64,000 bases of DNA from contig NZ_CAJXWY010000016.1 in NCBI RefSeq assembly GCF_913062725.1, forward strand, positions 2,320 through 66,319. Direction: 5' to 3'. This document shows, piece by piece, positions 40,661-50,423 of this stretch. The position numbers and the translations under genes are program-made. Within the stretch, counting starts at the first letter, position 1. Every line of letters begins with the position of its first letter. The notes beneath the pieces are model-generated. The model saw only the letters and a list, made by a program, of their open reading frames with translations, was not told where the DNA came from and did not search any database. The stretch comes from an uncultured Thiohalocapsa sp. GTDB taxonomy: Bacteria; Pseudomonadota; Gammaproteobacteria; Chromatiales; Chromatiaceae.

Positions 40661-42349
40661 CTAGCCCGACGTCACCACCTGCCCGGCGCGCTCCGCCACC
40701 GCGCGCTTCAGCGCATCGGCGCGCTTGTCGATCCAGTTCTCCATGCGCACCACGCGTTCCAGACGCAGGCTGAGCAGGCGCTTGCGGGGCTGGGGATTGA
40801 GGCCCGCGAAGTAGACGCGGCAGCCGTGATGCACGGCATCGCGGACCGCGCCTTCGATGGCGAGCGCCGTGGTCACGCCCAGGTGGGGCACGTCGGTGAG
40901 GTCGACCACAAGGCTTTTGGCCTCGGCCATCTCGTGCTGCTGGCGGGTGATGGCCTTGGCGGCGCCGAAGATCAGTGGCCCGCTGAGGCAGAGCAGGGCA
41001 ATACCGTTGCTCGGGTCATCGAGAATTTTCTTTTCCTCTTCGGTCGCCTCCACGCCCTCGGCACAGCGAACGCCCGGTTCCTGACCTGGCAGGCCGAGCA
41101 GCTTGACGCCCTCCGATTGCAGGTCGGCGAGTCGGCGGATAGTGAGCACATTGGCGACGAACAGCCCAATGCCGACGGCGGTGATGAGATCCACGAAGAC
41201 CGTCATCAGGATGACGCCGTACATGATGAGCGCACCGCGCTTGGAGACCCGCTGTGCACGCCTCAGAAAGCCCCAGTCGATGATGTCGATGCCCACTTTG
41301 ATGGCGATGCCGGCGAGCACCGCTTTGGGAATGGGCTCCACGAGGGAACTGGCGCCGAACACCACCACAGCCAGGATGACGGCGCGTGTCAGGCCCGATA
41401 GCGCCGTACGCGCACCGGTCTGGATATTCACCACCGTGCCCATGGTGGCGCCGGCCCCGGGCAGGCCACCACACAAGCCCGAGACGAGATTACCGAGGCC
41501 CTGGCCCATGAGCTCCTTGTCGGAGTCGTGCTGGGTGCGGGTCAGGCTGTCGGCGATCACCGACGTCAAGAGGGCGTCGATGGAGCCGAGCAGCGCCAGC
41601 ACCACGGCATCGATGACCATGGTCTGCCACTCGGCGGTGCTGAATACGGGCATCTGGATGCTCGGCAGGCCGCCGGGCACCGCGCCGATGGCCCGATAGG
41701 ACCCGCTGCCCAGCAAGAAGACGGCCAGCAGTGTGCCGACCACCAGGGCGAGGAGCTGCGGTGGCATGAACCGCCGCCAGCCCCGCGGCATGAGAAACAA
41801 AATGGCCAGCGCCAAGCCGCCGAGGGCCGCCTCGCCCGGGTTCACATTGGCGACCAGCTCCGGCAGCGCCGTGAGCGACCCTAGCACGCCGCCGGCGGGG
41901 GACGCGAAGCCGAGCAGCGGTGGTAGCTGGATGATGATCAGGATGAAGCCGATGCCGGACATGAAGCCGGAGATGACCGTGTAAGGCATCATGGTCACGT
42001 AGCGGCCCAGCTTGAGCACGCTGAACAGCATCTGGAACAGCCCCGTCATCATCACCGTGGTGAAGGCCATGGCCAGGCCGTTCTCGGGGTTCGTGGCCAC
42101 CATGGTGGTGATGACCGCCGTGAAGATGACGGTCATGGGCCCCGTCGGCTCGGAGATCAGCGTTGGCGTGCCGCCGAAGAGCGCCGCGAACAGCCCCACG
42201 AGCACGGCGCCGTAGAGTCCCGCCTCCGCACCGGCACCGGAGGCCACCCCGAAGGCCAGCGCCATGGGCAGCGCGATGACCGCCGCCGTGACGCCGCCGA
42301 AGAGATCGCCCTTGGCGTTGTCGAGTCTGATGTCGTTGAAGATCCGCAT
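40661..42349 (-). CDS. bicA: SulP/SLC26 anion transporter, BicA-like bicarbonate transporter with STAS domain
   Basis: GDLFGGVTAAVIALPMALAFGVASG..GGTPTLISEPTGPMT..NGLAMAFT..KLGRYVTMMPYTVISGFMSGIG closely follows cyanobacterial BicA as I recall it; C-terminal STAS. Confidence 0.8.
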   Translation of the reverse strand: MRIFNDIRLDNAKGDLFGGVTAAVIALPMALAFGVASGAGAEAGLYGAVLVGLFAALFGGTPTLISEPTGPMTVIFTAVITTMVATNPENGLAMAFTTVMMTGLFQMLFSVLKLGRYVTMMPYTVISGFMSGIGFILIIIQLPPLLGFASPAGGVLGSLTALPELVANVNPGEAALGGLALAILFLMPRGWRRFMPPQLLALVVGTLLAVFLLGSGSYRAIGAVPGGLPSIQMPVFSTAEWQTMVIDAVVLALLGSIDALLTSVIADSLTRTQHDSDKELMGQGLGNLVSGLCGGLPGAGATMGTVVNIQTGARTALSGLTRAVILAVVVFGASSLVEPIPKAVLAGIAIKVGIDIIDWGFLRRAQRVSKRGALIMYGVILMTVFVDLITAVGIGLFVANVLTIRRLADLQSEGVKLLGLPGQEPGVRCAEGVEATEEEKKILDDPSNGIALLCLSGPLIFGAAKAITRQQHEMAEAKSLVVDLTDVPHLGVTTALAIEGAVRDAVHHGCRVYFAGLNPQPRKRLLSLRLERVVRMENWIDKRADALKRAVAERAGQVVTSG

Positions 42350-43252
42350 GCCGTAGTCCTCCGCCGGGGCGCGGGTGCCGTGCGCAAATCGGCCACGCAG
42401 TGTCGCGATGTCCGCACCCTAAGGGAAATCGATAAATCGAATCGAGAAAATAGAGGTTGGTTTATACCTGCAGCCACATTCTACGCAGGTGTGACAGCGT
42501 CACCAGTAACGACGAGAAATGTCTGCATAAATGGCGTTTGCGGGGACTGCTGAGGTCGGCCAGCCGTTGCCAACCGATGCCGGCCACCCTGCATACGTGT
42601 CCGGTGATGCGAAATCGCCAGCATCTTCGTCCACAACTGAGCCGTTCGATTGCGATGTCCAAGCACGGCCGACGCGGGTTAGGCGAGATTCGCAACCGTT
42701 CGGCGGATGCCAATGGCGACATTGGGCTCAGATGTCGATACTTAAGCGTGCGTGTCGTCACTCGCCGAGGCCAAAATCCTTCATGAGCCGTTGCACTGCG
42801 CTAGCCATCGATATGCCGAATTGCAGCTCTCGCTGCGAGCGCTCGCGTCTCGGCGATCGTCGGCGGGCGGCCTTGCTCGGCGGCTGGTCTCGGTTGACGC
42901 CGCGCCGATCGATTGGGCACACGGCCAAACCGACGGTCTTGATCATCACACGGCAATCCGAGGGCGGTCTTGGCAATCAGGTGTCTGCTCGGACCAGGCC
43001 CGACGGCCGGCAATGCGTGCGCACGTCGCCCGGCATTCAATGGCCATGTGGCCGGCCATCAGCCCTAGCCCTACCGCCCCCAATCGCCCGACGTGCCTGC
43101 GAGTTCACAGGCGCGTATCCCTAGTACCCAACCGGGCTCGCCGTCCGTTGCGAAGCCCGGTGGGCCGACTGCCCTCGATTATCTCCCATTTCCACTCGGC
43201 TCGCGCCATTGCGCTTGCCATGGGTCGTCCTTTGCCTGCGAGCATCGTCACT

Positions 43253-44668
43253 ATGAACAATCCGATTCTGTCATATACACTTAATTTAATATTAGTGCGC
43301 CCGGCACGGGCTGTGCGTGTATTGCGCATGTTCGCCATTGGCCTGGCTGGCGTGTTTGCCGCTTCGTCGGCGCTCGCCACCGATTATTATGTGTCTGCGG
43401 CGGGCGCTGACGGCAATCCGGGGACGGCGTCCGCGCCCTGGCGTACCATCGCCAAGGTCAATGCCACCTCGCTCGCACCCGGTGACCGTGTGCTGTTTCG
43501 CCGTGGTGATGCCTGGGCTGAGACCCTTCGCCCCGGCGCATCGGGTGCGCAGGGCAATCCCATTACCTATGCCGACTACGGCAGTGGCGCAGCGCCCGTG
43601 ATCACCGGTGCATCCAACAACGATTGCATCGGCTGGACCAGCGCCCGCAGTCACCTGGTGTTTCGTAATCTCCACCTCAGGGACTGTGGTCAGCCGAGCG
43701 GTGGCAATCGCGGGGGTATCAATGTCTACAGCAATGCTGGCACGTCACGCGACATTACCGTGGAGAATTCACTGATCGAGAATGCCCAGACCTGGAACAT
43801 CTATATGTCCGGCATCGACGGACTGGTGATCCGGGGCAATACGCTGCGCAACGCCGAGCTGCAGCACGGCATTTATCTGGACGGCTCGCTGGGGGCGGAT
43901 AACGCCTTGATCGAGGACAACCATATCTATGGCAACCCCGATATGTGCGTGCAGTTCAACTCCAATGGCCAAAACCGCCTGAGGAATTTGGTCCTGCGTT
44001 ACAACCGACTCGAGAACTGCGGCGCCGGCGGCCTGAATAATATCGGCGCGGATGGTCTGCTCGCGCATCACAATCTTTTCCATGGTGCCATGCCTGCGAT
44101 CTACAATGGCTGTGATGGTGCGGACAGCGGCTGCAGTCGGGGCGCAATCAATGGCGTCTATGCGAACAACACCATCGTCACTTCGGGTGGCGGCTGGGCC
44201 ACCTGTTTCTCGAACTCGTCCTCCCTGGGGACGCCAACCTTCAGCACGTTCGTCAACAATATCTGTGTGCACGACGCCGCCCGCGGTCCCGCCTTCGAGA
44301 ATGTCGAAGCGATCAGCGGCCAGCGCGTCGACTTCAATCTGTTCTTCTCGACGCGTACGAGCACCTTGGCGTTCGTGTGGGCCGGTCGCGAATACCAAGG
44401 CCTTGCCAGCTACCGGGAGGGTACCGGCAATGAAGCCAATGGTCTCAGCGCCGATCCGGCCTTCGCCGATCGAGCAGCGTCGGATTTCCAGCTCTCATCC
44501 GGCTCTCCGGCGGTTGACTCCGGCACGTCCCTGGGCTACAGCCGGGACTTGGCGGGCGTCGCCGTGCCACAGGGAGCGGCGCCGGATCGGGGCGCGTTCG
44601 AGCTTGCCGACGATGCTGGTGGGAGCACTCCACCAGCCACACCTGAGGGCCTGCGGATCGAGTTCTAG
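43253..44668 (+). CDS. Secreted right-handed parallel beta-helix protein (choice-of-anchor Q-like); start uncertain (43253, 43294 or 43328)
   Basis: Signal peptide ending SSALA; TDYYVS..GADGNPGT..PWRTI..LAPGDRVLFRRG; Asn-ladder repeats; DPAF..DFQLSSGSPAVDSG..APDRGAFE. Confidence 0.8.
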   Translation: MNNPILSYTLNLILVRPARAVRVLRMFAIGLAGVFAASSALATDYYVSAAGADGNPGTASAPWRTIAKVNATSLAPGDRVLFRRGDAWAETLRPGASGAQGNPITYADYGSGAAPVITGASNNDCIGWTSARSHLVFRNLHLRDCGQPSGGNRGGINVYSNAGTSRDITVENSLIENAQTWNIYMSGIDGLVIRGNTLRNAELQHGIYLDGSLGADNALIEDNHIYGNPDMCVQFNSNGQNRLRNLVLRYNRLENCGAGGLNNIGADGLLAHHNLFHGAMPAIYNGCDGADSGCSRGAINGVYANNTIVTSGGGWATCFSNSSSLGTPTFSTFVNNICVHDAARGPAFENVEAISGQRVDFNLFFSTRTSTLAFVWAGREYQGLASYREGTGNEANGLSADPAFADRAASDFQLSSGSPAVDSGTSLGYSRDLAGVAVPQGAAPDRGAFELADDAGGSTPPATPEGLRIEF

Positions 44669-45153
44669 CCCCTGTCTGACGCGGGGCTGCGCCGAGCGCA
44701 TTTGCGGGCCTGTACCCGCAAACAGGTCAAGGAAATGACCAGCGCCATGCCGGGCAGGGATGCCCAAAACCGCTAACCCGCCTTCCCGGTTCTGCCGCCG
44801 GGCCGTGGTCATGTCATCGGCCTGGTGGGCCCGCCCCATCGTCACCCCCGACGCGAACCTCAGGCAAATGCTGATCATGCCCTAGGGCCGGTTGTTCGCC
44901 CCTGTGCGCTGACTATGATGCTGCATCATGCACCGCGCGAAACCTTGTGCCTGAAGCCTGGTTGCAAGAACGTCGATTCATGACAGCAGGCACATCAACG
45001 TGTGGTAAGACCGGCTGACGCGCACACCAGACCGGCCAAGGTCCTAAAGCCGTCATCCGGATTCCGCCGGGAATGGTCAGTTATCGGCCAGTGCGCGCTT
45101 ATCCGTCGCCATCCAACCGGCTAACCCGCTGTGAGCAGCAAATCAGGTGGAGC

Positions 45154-45807
45154 ATGAAATACGAGGCGGATTCAATTTCGACCCAATTGGAGCGGGTGTC
45201 GACCTCGGAAGCGCAAGCCGTCGACGAGCCCGTCATGACAGGGCATGTGCTGGCGATCACCGCCGCCGAGCATGGCGAGGGGGTCACGACGCTGGCGCGA
45301 CGACTGGGACAAGGGCTCTGCGGTCATTTGGGCGATACCATCATCATCGATACCAACATCCGCGAGGGCAGATGGCGCGATGCCAGATCGGGGCAGGGTG
45401 GCCGCCGGCACCCCGGCTTGACCGAGGTGCTGGTCAACGGCGTGCCGCTGGAAAACGCCGTGCAGGTGGACATGGTGACGCAGCTGCATCTGCTCGGGGC
45501 CGGCGGCGGCACGCCGAAGGCGTCGGCGCTATTGGCCTCGGGCGTGCTGCGCCGACTGGTGCAGAAATTGCGCAGAAGCTACCGGTGGGTGCTGCTGGAT
45601 ATGCCGCCCGTTGGGCTGTACCCCGATGCCGGCGCGGTGGGTCGCCTCGCCGACGGTGTGATTCTGACGGTGCACGCGGAAAAGACACGGGCCGAAGCAG
45701 TCGCGGGCGCCCAGCAGGCCATTCTGCGCGGGGGTGGGCAGTTGCTCGGATCGATCCTGAACCGGCGGCGCGCGCATACGCCCGAGTGGCTCGAGCGTTA
45801 TCTGTAA
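45154..45807 (+). CDS. CpsD/CapB-type BY-kinase cytoplasmic domain with degenerate Walker motifs
   Basis: AEHGEGVTT; IIIDTN; PGLTEVL; VLLDMPP; DGVILTVHAEKT; LGSILNRRR. Confidence 0.82.
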   Translation: MKYEADSISTQLERVSTSEAQAVDEPVMTGHVLAITAAEHGEGVTTLARRLGQGLCGHLGDTIIIDTNIREGRWRDARSGQGGRRHPGLTEVLVNGVPLENAVQVDMVTQLHLLGAGGGTPKASALLASGVLRRLVQKLRRSYRWVLLDMPPVGLYPDAGAVGRLADGVILTVHAEKTRAEAVAGAQQAILRGGGQLLGSILNRRRAHTPEWLERYL

Positions 45808-45859
45808 GGTCTGTCGCGCGCAGCGATAGTTTCGTGAGGCACACGCACAGGAGGACGCG

Positions 45860-47110
45860 ATGATCAACGCAGAGGCTTTGCCAGGCAAGACGCGCGTCTG
45901 CATGCTCGTCTTCAGCAACTATCCGAATGACCCCAGGGTGCGGCGCGAAGCCGCAGCCCTGGTCAGAAAAGGTTTGGATGTCGATGTCTATTGCCTGCGG
46001 CAGCCGCACGAATTGAGCGAAGAGGTGTGTGATGGCGTCACTGTCTATCGGATCATGGACACACCGCGGAGCAAGGAAGCTCTGACACGCTACCTGTGGC
46101 ATACGCTCCGCTTCACCTGGCGGGCATTGGTGCGGGTGGGTAACCAGGCGGGTGCCCGGAGCTATGCGCTGTACCAGGTCCATACCATGCCGGATTTCCT
46201 GATCTTTGCCTGTCTTGCGGCCAAATGGCAAGGCAAGCCGATCATTCTGGACCTGCATGACCTCTCGGTGGAATTGTTCGCTGCCAAGCTGCAAGGCGCC
46301 AGGCGACACCTGCTTGCATTGGTGGCGCTGCAGGAACGCCTCGCCTGCCGGTTTGCTGATCATCTGATCACAACCTCCTGGGGATTCAAGGCGCGACTGC
46401 TTCAGCGTGGCAACCCGGAGGCGAAGATCACGCTGGTGTTCAATTCCGCAGACCCATCGTTGTTTTGGCTCGATGACAGCCGACAATTTCGCCCCATCGG
46501 CCATCGGCTGCGGTTGCTCTATCATGGCACCATCGCCGAGCGCTTCGGCCTGCATCTGTTATTGGAGGCCTTGCCGCTGATCCGCTCCAGACACCGCGAC
46601 GTTAGCTTACGACTGTACGGCAAGATCGATCCGAGCTATCAGCGCAGACTTACGCAGATCGTGCGTGAGTTTGGATTGAGTCAGCATGTGGAATTCGCCG
46701 GCTGGCGGCCGGCGGCGGCCCTGATGGATTGCTTTCGGGAGGCGGATCTGGCGGTGGTGCCCTATCTGCATGATGCATTCATGGATCTCGCCGTATCGAC
46801 GAAGACTTTCGAGTATGCAGCGGCCGGCCTGCCAGTGGTGGCGACCCGGTTGCAAGCGATGACCTCGATCTTTCCGGAGGATAGCATCACCTATGTGGCA
46901 CCGAACGACAGCGAGGCGCTGGCGCGGGGCGTGTTGCAGCTGGCCGCCGACCCGGCGCGCCAGGCCCACCAGAGCCGCGCCGCCTATGCCGCACAGCAAC
47001 AGCTCAGCGGCGAGGTCATGGCCGAGCGCTACACGACGCTGGTGGAGCGAATGCTGGGGGCGCAGCATGACGCCGCAACGAGCGTATCGGCACCCTCGCG
47101 TCCGGGCTGA
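45860..47110 (+). CDS. Glycosyltransferase family 4
   Basis: YPNDPRVRREAAAL; DLHDL; STKTFEYAAAGLPVV. Confidence 0.9.
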   Translation: MINAEALPGKTRVCMLVFSNYPNDPRVRREAAALVRKGLDVDVYCLRQPHELSEEVCDGVTVYRIMDTPRSKEALTRYLWHTLRFTWRALVRVGNQAGARSYALYQVHTMPDFLIFACLAAKWQGKPIILDLHDLSVELFAAKLQGARRHLLALVALQERLACRFADHLITTSWGFKARLLQRGNPEAKITLVFNSADPSLFWLDDSRQFRPIGHRLRLLYHGTIAERFGLHLLLEALPLIRSRHRDVSLRLYGKIDPSYQRRLTQIVREFGLSQHVEFAGWRPAAALMDCFREADLAVVPYLHDAFMDLAVSTKTFEYAAAGLPVVATRLQAMTSIFPEDSITYVAPNDSEALARGVLQLAADPARQAHQSRAAYAAQQQLSGEVMAERYTTLVERMLGAQHDAATSVSAPSRPG

Positions 47111-47272
47111 GCAGCGGCGGTGGCCCTACTGGCGTCGGCGTTTGCACGACGACGGCACGTACCGGCGACCGTCTGGCACACCCTGGCATGACTGGCGGGA
47201 CGATCGTCCGGGGGCGAAGCGGATGCAACCGCCATCGTGGTTGGATTGCGGACGCGACTGCAGGGGACAGCC

Positions 47273-48277
47273 ATGGACATGCGCGTGAGTGGATCGGACA
47301 CTCAACCGGGTTATTTCGTGCTCTCGCTCGACACTGAGCTGGCCTTTGGACATTTCGACCGTGATGCGCAGTGGCCGCGGCTGTTCAGCCCTGACGGCAG
47401 CCGCGAGCGCGCAGCCATCCAACGGCTGCTGGAACTGTGTGAGGCGTTCGGAGTGCGCGCCACCTGGGCCGTGGTGGGGCACCTGTTCCATGCCGGCTGC
47501 GAGCATTGCCCGGAATGTCCCATTGAGGCCTGGCAGGGTCGTTACAGCAGCTATGCGCAGATCTACGAGCGCGATCATCCGCTGTGGTATGGCGCCGATG
47601 TGCTGCAATGGCTGCTGGCGCACCGCGATCGCCTGGAGATCGGTTTTCACGGCTATACGCATCGTCCGTTCACGGCCCTGAGCGCTGCCGAAGCGGCGCA
47701 GGAGGCGCGGCTTTGGCAGGCGGTGGCGGCGCGCCATGGCATCGAGCCCGGCGCGGTGGTGTTTCCGCGCAATGCGGTGGCGCATCTGGCGGTGCTGCGT
47801 CAGTTCGGGTTTCGCAGCTTTCGCAGCGCCGACGCCGTGCGCCCACGGGGCTGGCGCTCCACCCTCGGTGCGCCGCTGAAGTTGTTGTCACAGATGGCGG
47901 GCTGGCCGCCCCCCGAGACCTGCGCCGTGGCGGCCATCGGGTTGCGCGACGGCCTCGTGGAGTTACCGCCCTCGGCGTACCTGTTCGACATCCGCCGTTC
48001 GGTGGAATGCCTGCTCGACGGGCTTGGACTGCAGCGCCTGCGGTTGCGCGGCATCGTCGCCGGCATCCGGCAGGCGGCCGCCACCGGGCGGGTGATCCAC
48101 CTTTGGGCGCACCCCTGGGAGTTTCGCACCGAGGCCGACTTCGACAAATTGGCGCATGTGCTCGCGGCCTTCGCCGAGCAGCGCATGGCCGGTCGGATGC
48201 GCTCGGTGACCATGTCGGAGCTCGCCGCGCTCAGTACCGGCGCTCGGCAGGCGGCATCTCAGGGGGGTGAGCCGTGA
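47273..48277 (+). CDS. Polysaccharide deacetylase (NodB-like) family protein
   Basis: SLDTEL; RATWAVVG; EIGFHGYTH; VFPRN; HLWAHPWEF. Confidence 0.85.
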   Translation: MDMRVSGSDTQPGYFVLSLDTELAFGHFDRDAQWPRLFSPDGSRERAAIQRLLELCEAFGVRATWAVVGHLFHAGCEHCPECPIEAWQGRYSSYAQIYERDHPLWYGADVLQWLLAHRDRLEIGFHGYTHRPFTALSAAEAAQEARLWQAVAARHGIEPGAVVFPRNAVAHLAVLRQFGFRSFRSADAVRPRGWRSTLGAPLKLLSQMAGWPPPETCAVAAIGLRDGLVELPPSAYLFDIRRSVECLLDGLGLQRLRLRGIVAGIRQAAATGRVIHLWAHPWEFRTEADFDKLAHVLAAFAEQRMAGRMRSVTMSELAALSTGARQAASQGGEP

Positions 48278-49311
48278 TGGACGAACTGATCAGTGATGGT
48301 CACCCGGTGCCGCTGTCGGTGCTGCTGGTGACCAATACCTTTCCCACCGCCGATGAGCCGGGGGCGACGCCCTGCGTGCGCGATCAGGTGGATGCGCTGC
48401 GCGCAGCCTGTGGCGTGCAGGTCGATGTCCTCCACATCGACCGCCGGCGCAAATCGAATTACCTGTGGGCCGCACTCAGGCTGTTGCGCATGAACCTGGG
48501 CCAGCGACGCTATGACCTGGTGCATGCCCATTATGGCCACTCCGGCTTCGTCGCCTGGTTGCAGCGGCGCGTGCCCCTGGTGGTCACCTTCCATGGCTGC
48601 GATCTGCTGAGCCCGCGCGAGGGTGCCCTGGGACGCTGGCTGGCGCGGCGGGTCGCGGGCGTGATCGTCATGAGCGAGCAGATGAAGCGGGTGTCCGGTC
48701 GCAGCGATGCCGAGGTGATTCCCTTCGGCGTCGACACCGGCAGCTTCTATCCGGTCGCCAAAGCGGCGGCGCGATCACGGCTGGGGTTGGCGCAGGATCA
48801 GCGTTATGTGCTGTTTCCCTACGATCCGCAGCGTCCGGTGAAACGCTTCGATGTGTTGACGGCGACGGTCGAGCGGCTCGCCGCGCAGGGTGAACCGGTG
48901 GAGATCCTGACGGTGCACGGCCAGTCGCGCGAGCGCATGCGCGACTTCATGAATGCCGCCGACCTGATGGTGCTCACCTCCGACCGCGAAGGCTCACCGA
49001 TGGCGGTGCGCGAGGCCCTGGTCTGCGGCCTGCCCGTGGTCTCGGTGGATGTCGGTGACGTCGCCGAGCTGTTGCACGGCGTCGACGGCTGTGCCCTGGC
49101 GCGTCAGGATCCAGCCGATCTGGCACGCCAGATCCGCCTGGTGCTGGCGCGCGATCAACGGCTGCCGGCGGTCGTGCACGCACGCAGGCTGGATGCCGCC
49201 GCGGCGGCCCGGCAGGTGCATGCGCTCTATCGGCGCCTGGCGCCAGCGGGACGATGGATCGGTAATCCAAGCCACCCGGAGTGCCCGGACTGGCTTGGGA
49301 AAGGGCGATAG
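48274..49311 (+). CDS. Glycosyltransferase family 4
   Basis: VHAHYGHSG; TFHGCDL; VIPFGVD; TSDREGSPMAVREALVCGLPVVSVDVGD. Confidence 0.9.
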   Translation: MMDELISDGHPVPLSVLLVTNTFPTADEPGATPCVRDQVDALRAACGVQVDVLHIDRRRKSNYLWAALRLLRMNLGQRRYDLVHAHYGHSGFVAWLQRRVPLVVTFHGCDLLSPREGALGRWLARRVAGVIVMSEQMKRVSGRSDAEVIPFGVDTGSFYPVAKAAARSRLGLAQDQRYVLFPYDPQRPVKRFDVLTATVERLAAQGEPVEILTVHGQSRERMRDFMNAADLMVLTSDREGSPMAVREALVCGLPVVSVDVGDVAELLHGVDGCALARQDPADLARQIRLVLARDQRLPAVVHARRLDAAAAARQVHALYRRLAPAGRWIGNPSHPECPDWLGKGR

Positions 49312-49326
49312 CGGTGACTTCAAGAC

Positions 49327-49392
49327 GCCGCGCAGGTCGTCGGCGATGGCCCAGAGGGTTTTGCCGAGTTGGCTGAGTTGTTTTTGTGGCAT
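49327..49392 (-). pseudogene. hsdM: N-terminal 22-codon remnant of a type I R-M methyltransferase HsdM
   Basis: MPQKQLSQLGKTLWAIADDLRG, then the frame runs antisense into the GT4 gene. Confidence 0.65.
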
Positions 49393-49395
49393 CGG

Positions 49396-49725
49396 TCAAG
49401 GCTTCATGGTGACGGTGCGTGTGTCAAGACCCAGGCGCATGAAGTCGCTGGTGTTATGGGTGATGACGGTCAGGTCGTTGACCAGGGCCTCGCGCACCGC
49501 CATCGGCCAGCCTTCGCGCGCCGAGGCGAGGTACTGGTCGATCTCCTGCCGCGAATGGTGCGCCGCGCCATAGAAGCGCTGAGGGTCGAAGGGCTCGGCC
49601 GCGGGCTGCTGCGGTGCCGATGCCGGCGCTTCCTGGGCGAGTTGCTGCAGGACGATCTGCGCTAAGCGGAGCTTGTCGGCATGCGAGAGCGCGCCGACGG
49701 AAGGCAGGAGTTCATCAATGGTCAT
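49396..49725 (-). pseudogene. Chimera of a small antitoxin-like ORF and a PIN (VapC) C-terminal fragment
   Basis: MTIDELLPSVGALSHADKLRLAQIVLQQLA...IDQYLASAREGW fused in frame to ALVNDLTVITHNTSDFMRLGL (PIN C-terminal motif). Confidence 0.55.
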
Positions 49726-49855
49726 GGGGAATAGCTTCTGCGATGAGCTGAAATGCTTCAGCTTTGGTTTCCGCAGCGGCAATGCATCCCGGGATGTCCG
49801 GCACATAGGCCCCGACACTCGTCGCGCCGTGCTCAAAGATGACGGTGTATTGCAC
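49715..49855 (-). pseudogene. hicB: Truncated HicB antitoxin (46 aa; absent from the ORF track)
   Basis: Manual translation: VQYTVIFEHGATSVGAYVPDIPGCIAAAETKAEAFQLIAEAI-PHDH*; ends early. Confidence 0.75.
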
Positions 49856-49867
49856 TTAAGAGATACC

Positions 49868-50005
49868 TCAATCTGTCATGCCGGCTTGTTTGAGAACATT
49901 CTTCAGCGTTCCTGGTGGAATGTTTACGCTGAGTTTTCCGGCTACGGTTACCGTGCCAGACTTGGTGGGATGGTGAAACTGTCTGTGGCTCCCGCGAGTT
50001 GCTTG
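49868..50005 (-). pseudogene. hicA: 5'-truncated HicA toxin (absent from the ORF track)
   Basis: Manual translation: ATRGSHRQFHHPTKSGTVTVAGKLSVNIPPGTLKNVLKQAGMTD* (GSH motif); N-terminus replaced by the IS4 fragment. Confidence 0.8.
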
Positions 50006-50420
50006 GCAGGTACAGGCCACGCTGTGCTTCATCGCTCAGCGGCCCCAAGCCCTTGATTTGCTGACCATTGACGTCCAGCTCGGTGGTGTCCTGCAGGCAC
50101 AGCACCACCGGGTGAGGCGCCATGCGTTGCGTCGTGCACGCGTGGTGCGGCTCCAACAGATCCGTCCAGTCGAAGGTCTCTTGGCGAAACAACCGATAGG
50201 CCCCTTGCGTCTCCGCCCAGCCCGCACAGGCACCCGGCAGGCTCGCCGTGGGACGATCGGCCAAGCGTTACGCCAGCAGCACGCTGCGTGCCTTCCGGCG
50301 CTTGTCGCCCAGATCCAGATTCCGACATTCCTCGGCTGCCCAACCCATGTTTACCCTCACTGATCAGCATGCTTTCCAGCATGTTACCGGAGGAATCCGG
50401 AGTTGTGTGCGACGAGATGG
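50006..50420 (-). mobile_element. IS4-family (IS50/Tn5-like) transposase remnant with a candidate left end
   Basis: ATG 50348: MGWAAEECRNLDLGDKRR..LA*RLADRPTASLPGAC.GWAETQGAYRLF..VLCLQDTTEL..KGLGPL..RGLYL. In-frame TAA at 50268-50270; truncated after about 114 codons. 50401-50420 loosely resembles an IS50 end. Confidence 0.8.
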
Positions 50421-50423
50421 CCT

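Noticed and set aside
42531-43124. 197-aa ORF and upstream extension of the beta-helix ORF (from 42752)
   Set aside because: No RBS, motifs or host-like codon bias; more likely a long divergent regulatory region.
49673-50056. 127-aa plus-strand ORF in the TA mosaic
   Set aside because: It is the antisense reading of the hicA and hicB fragments.
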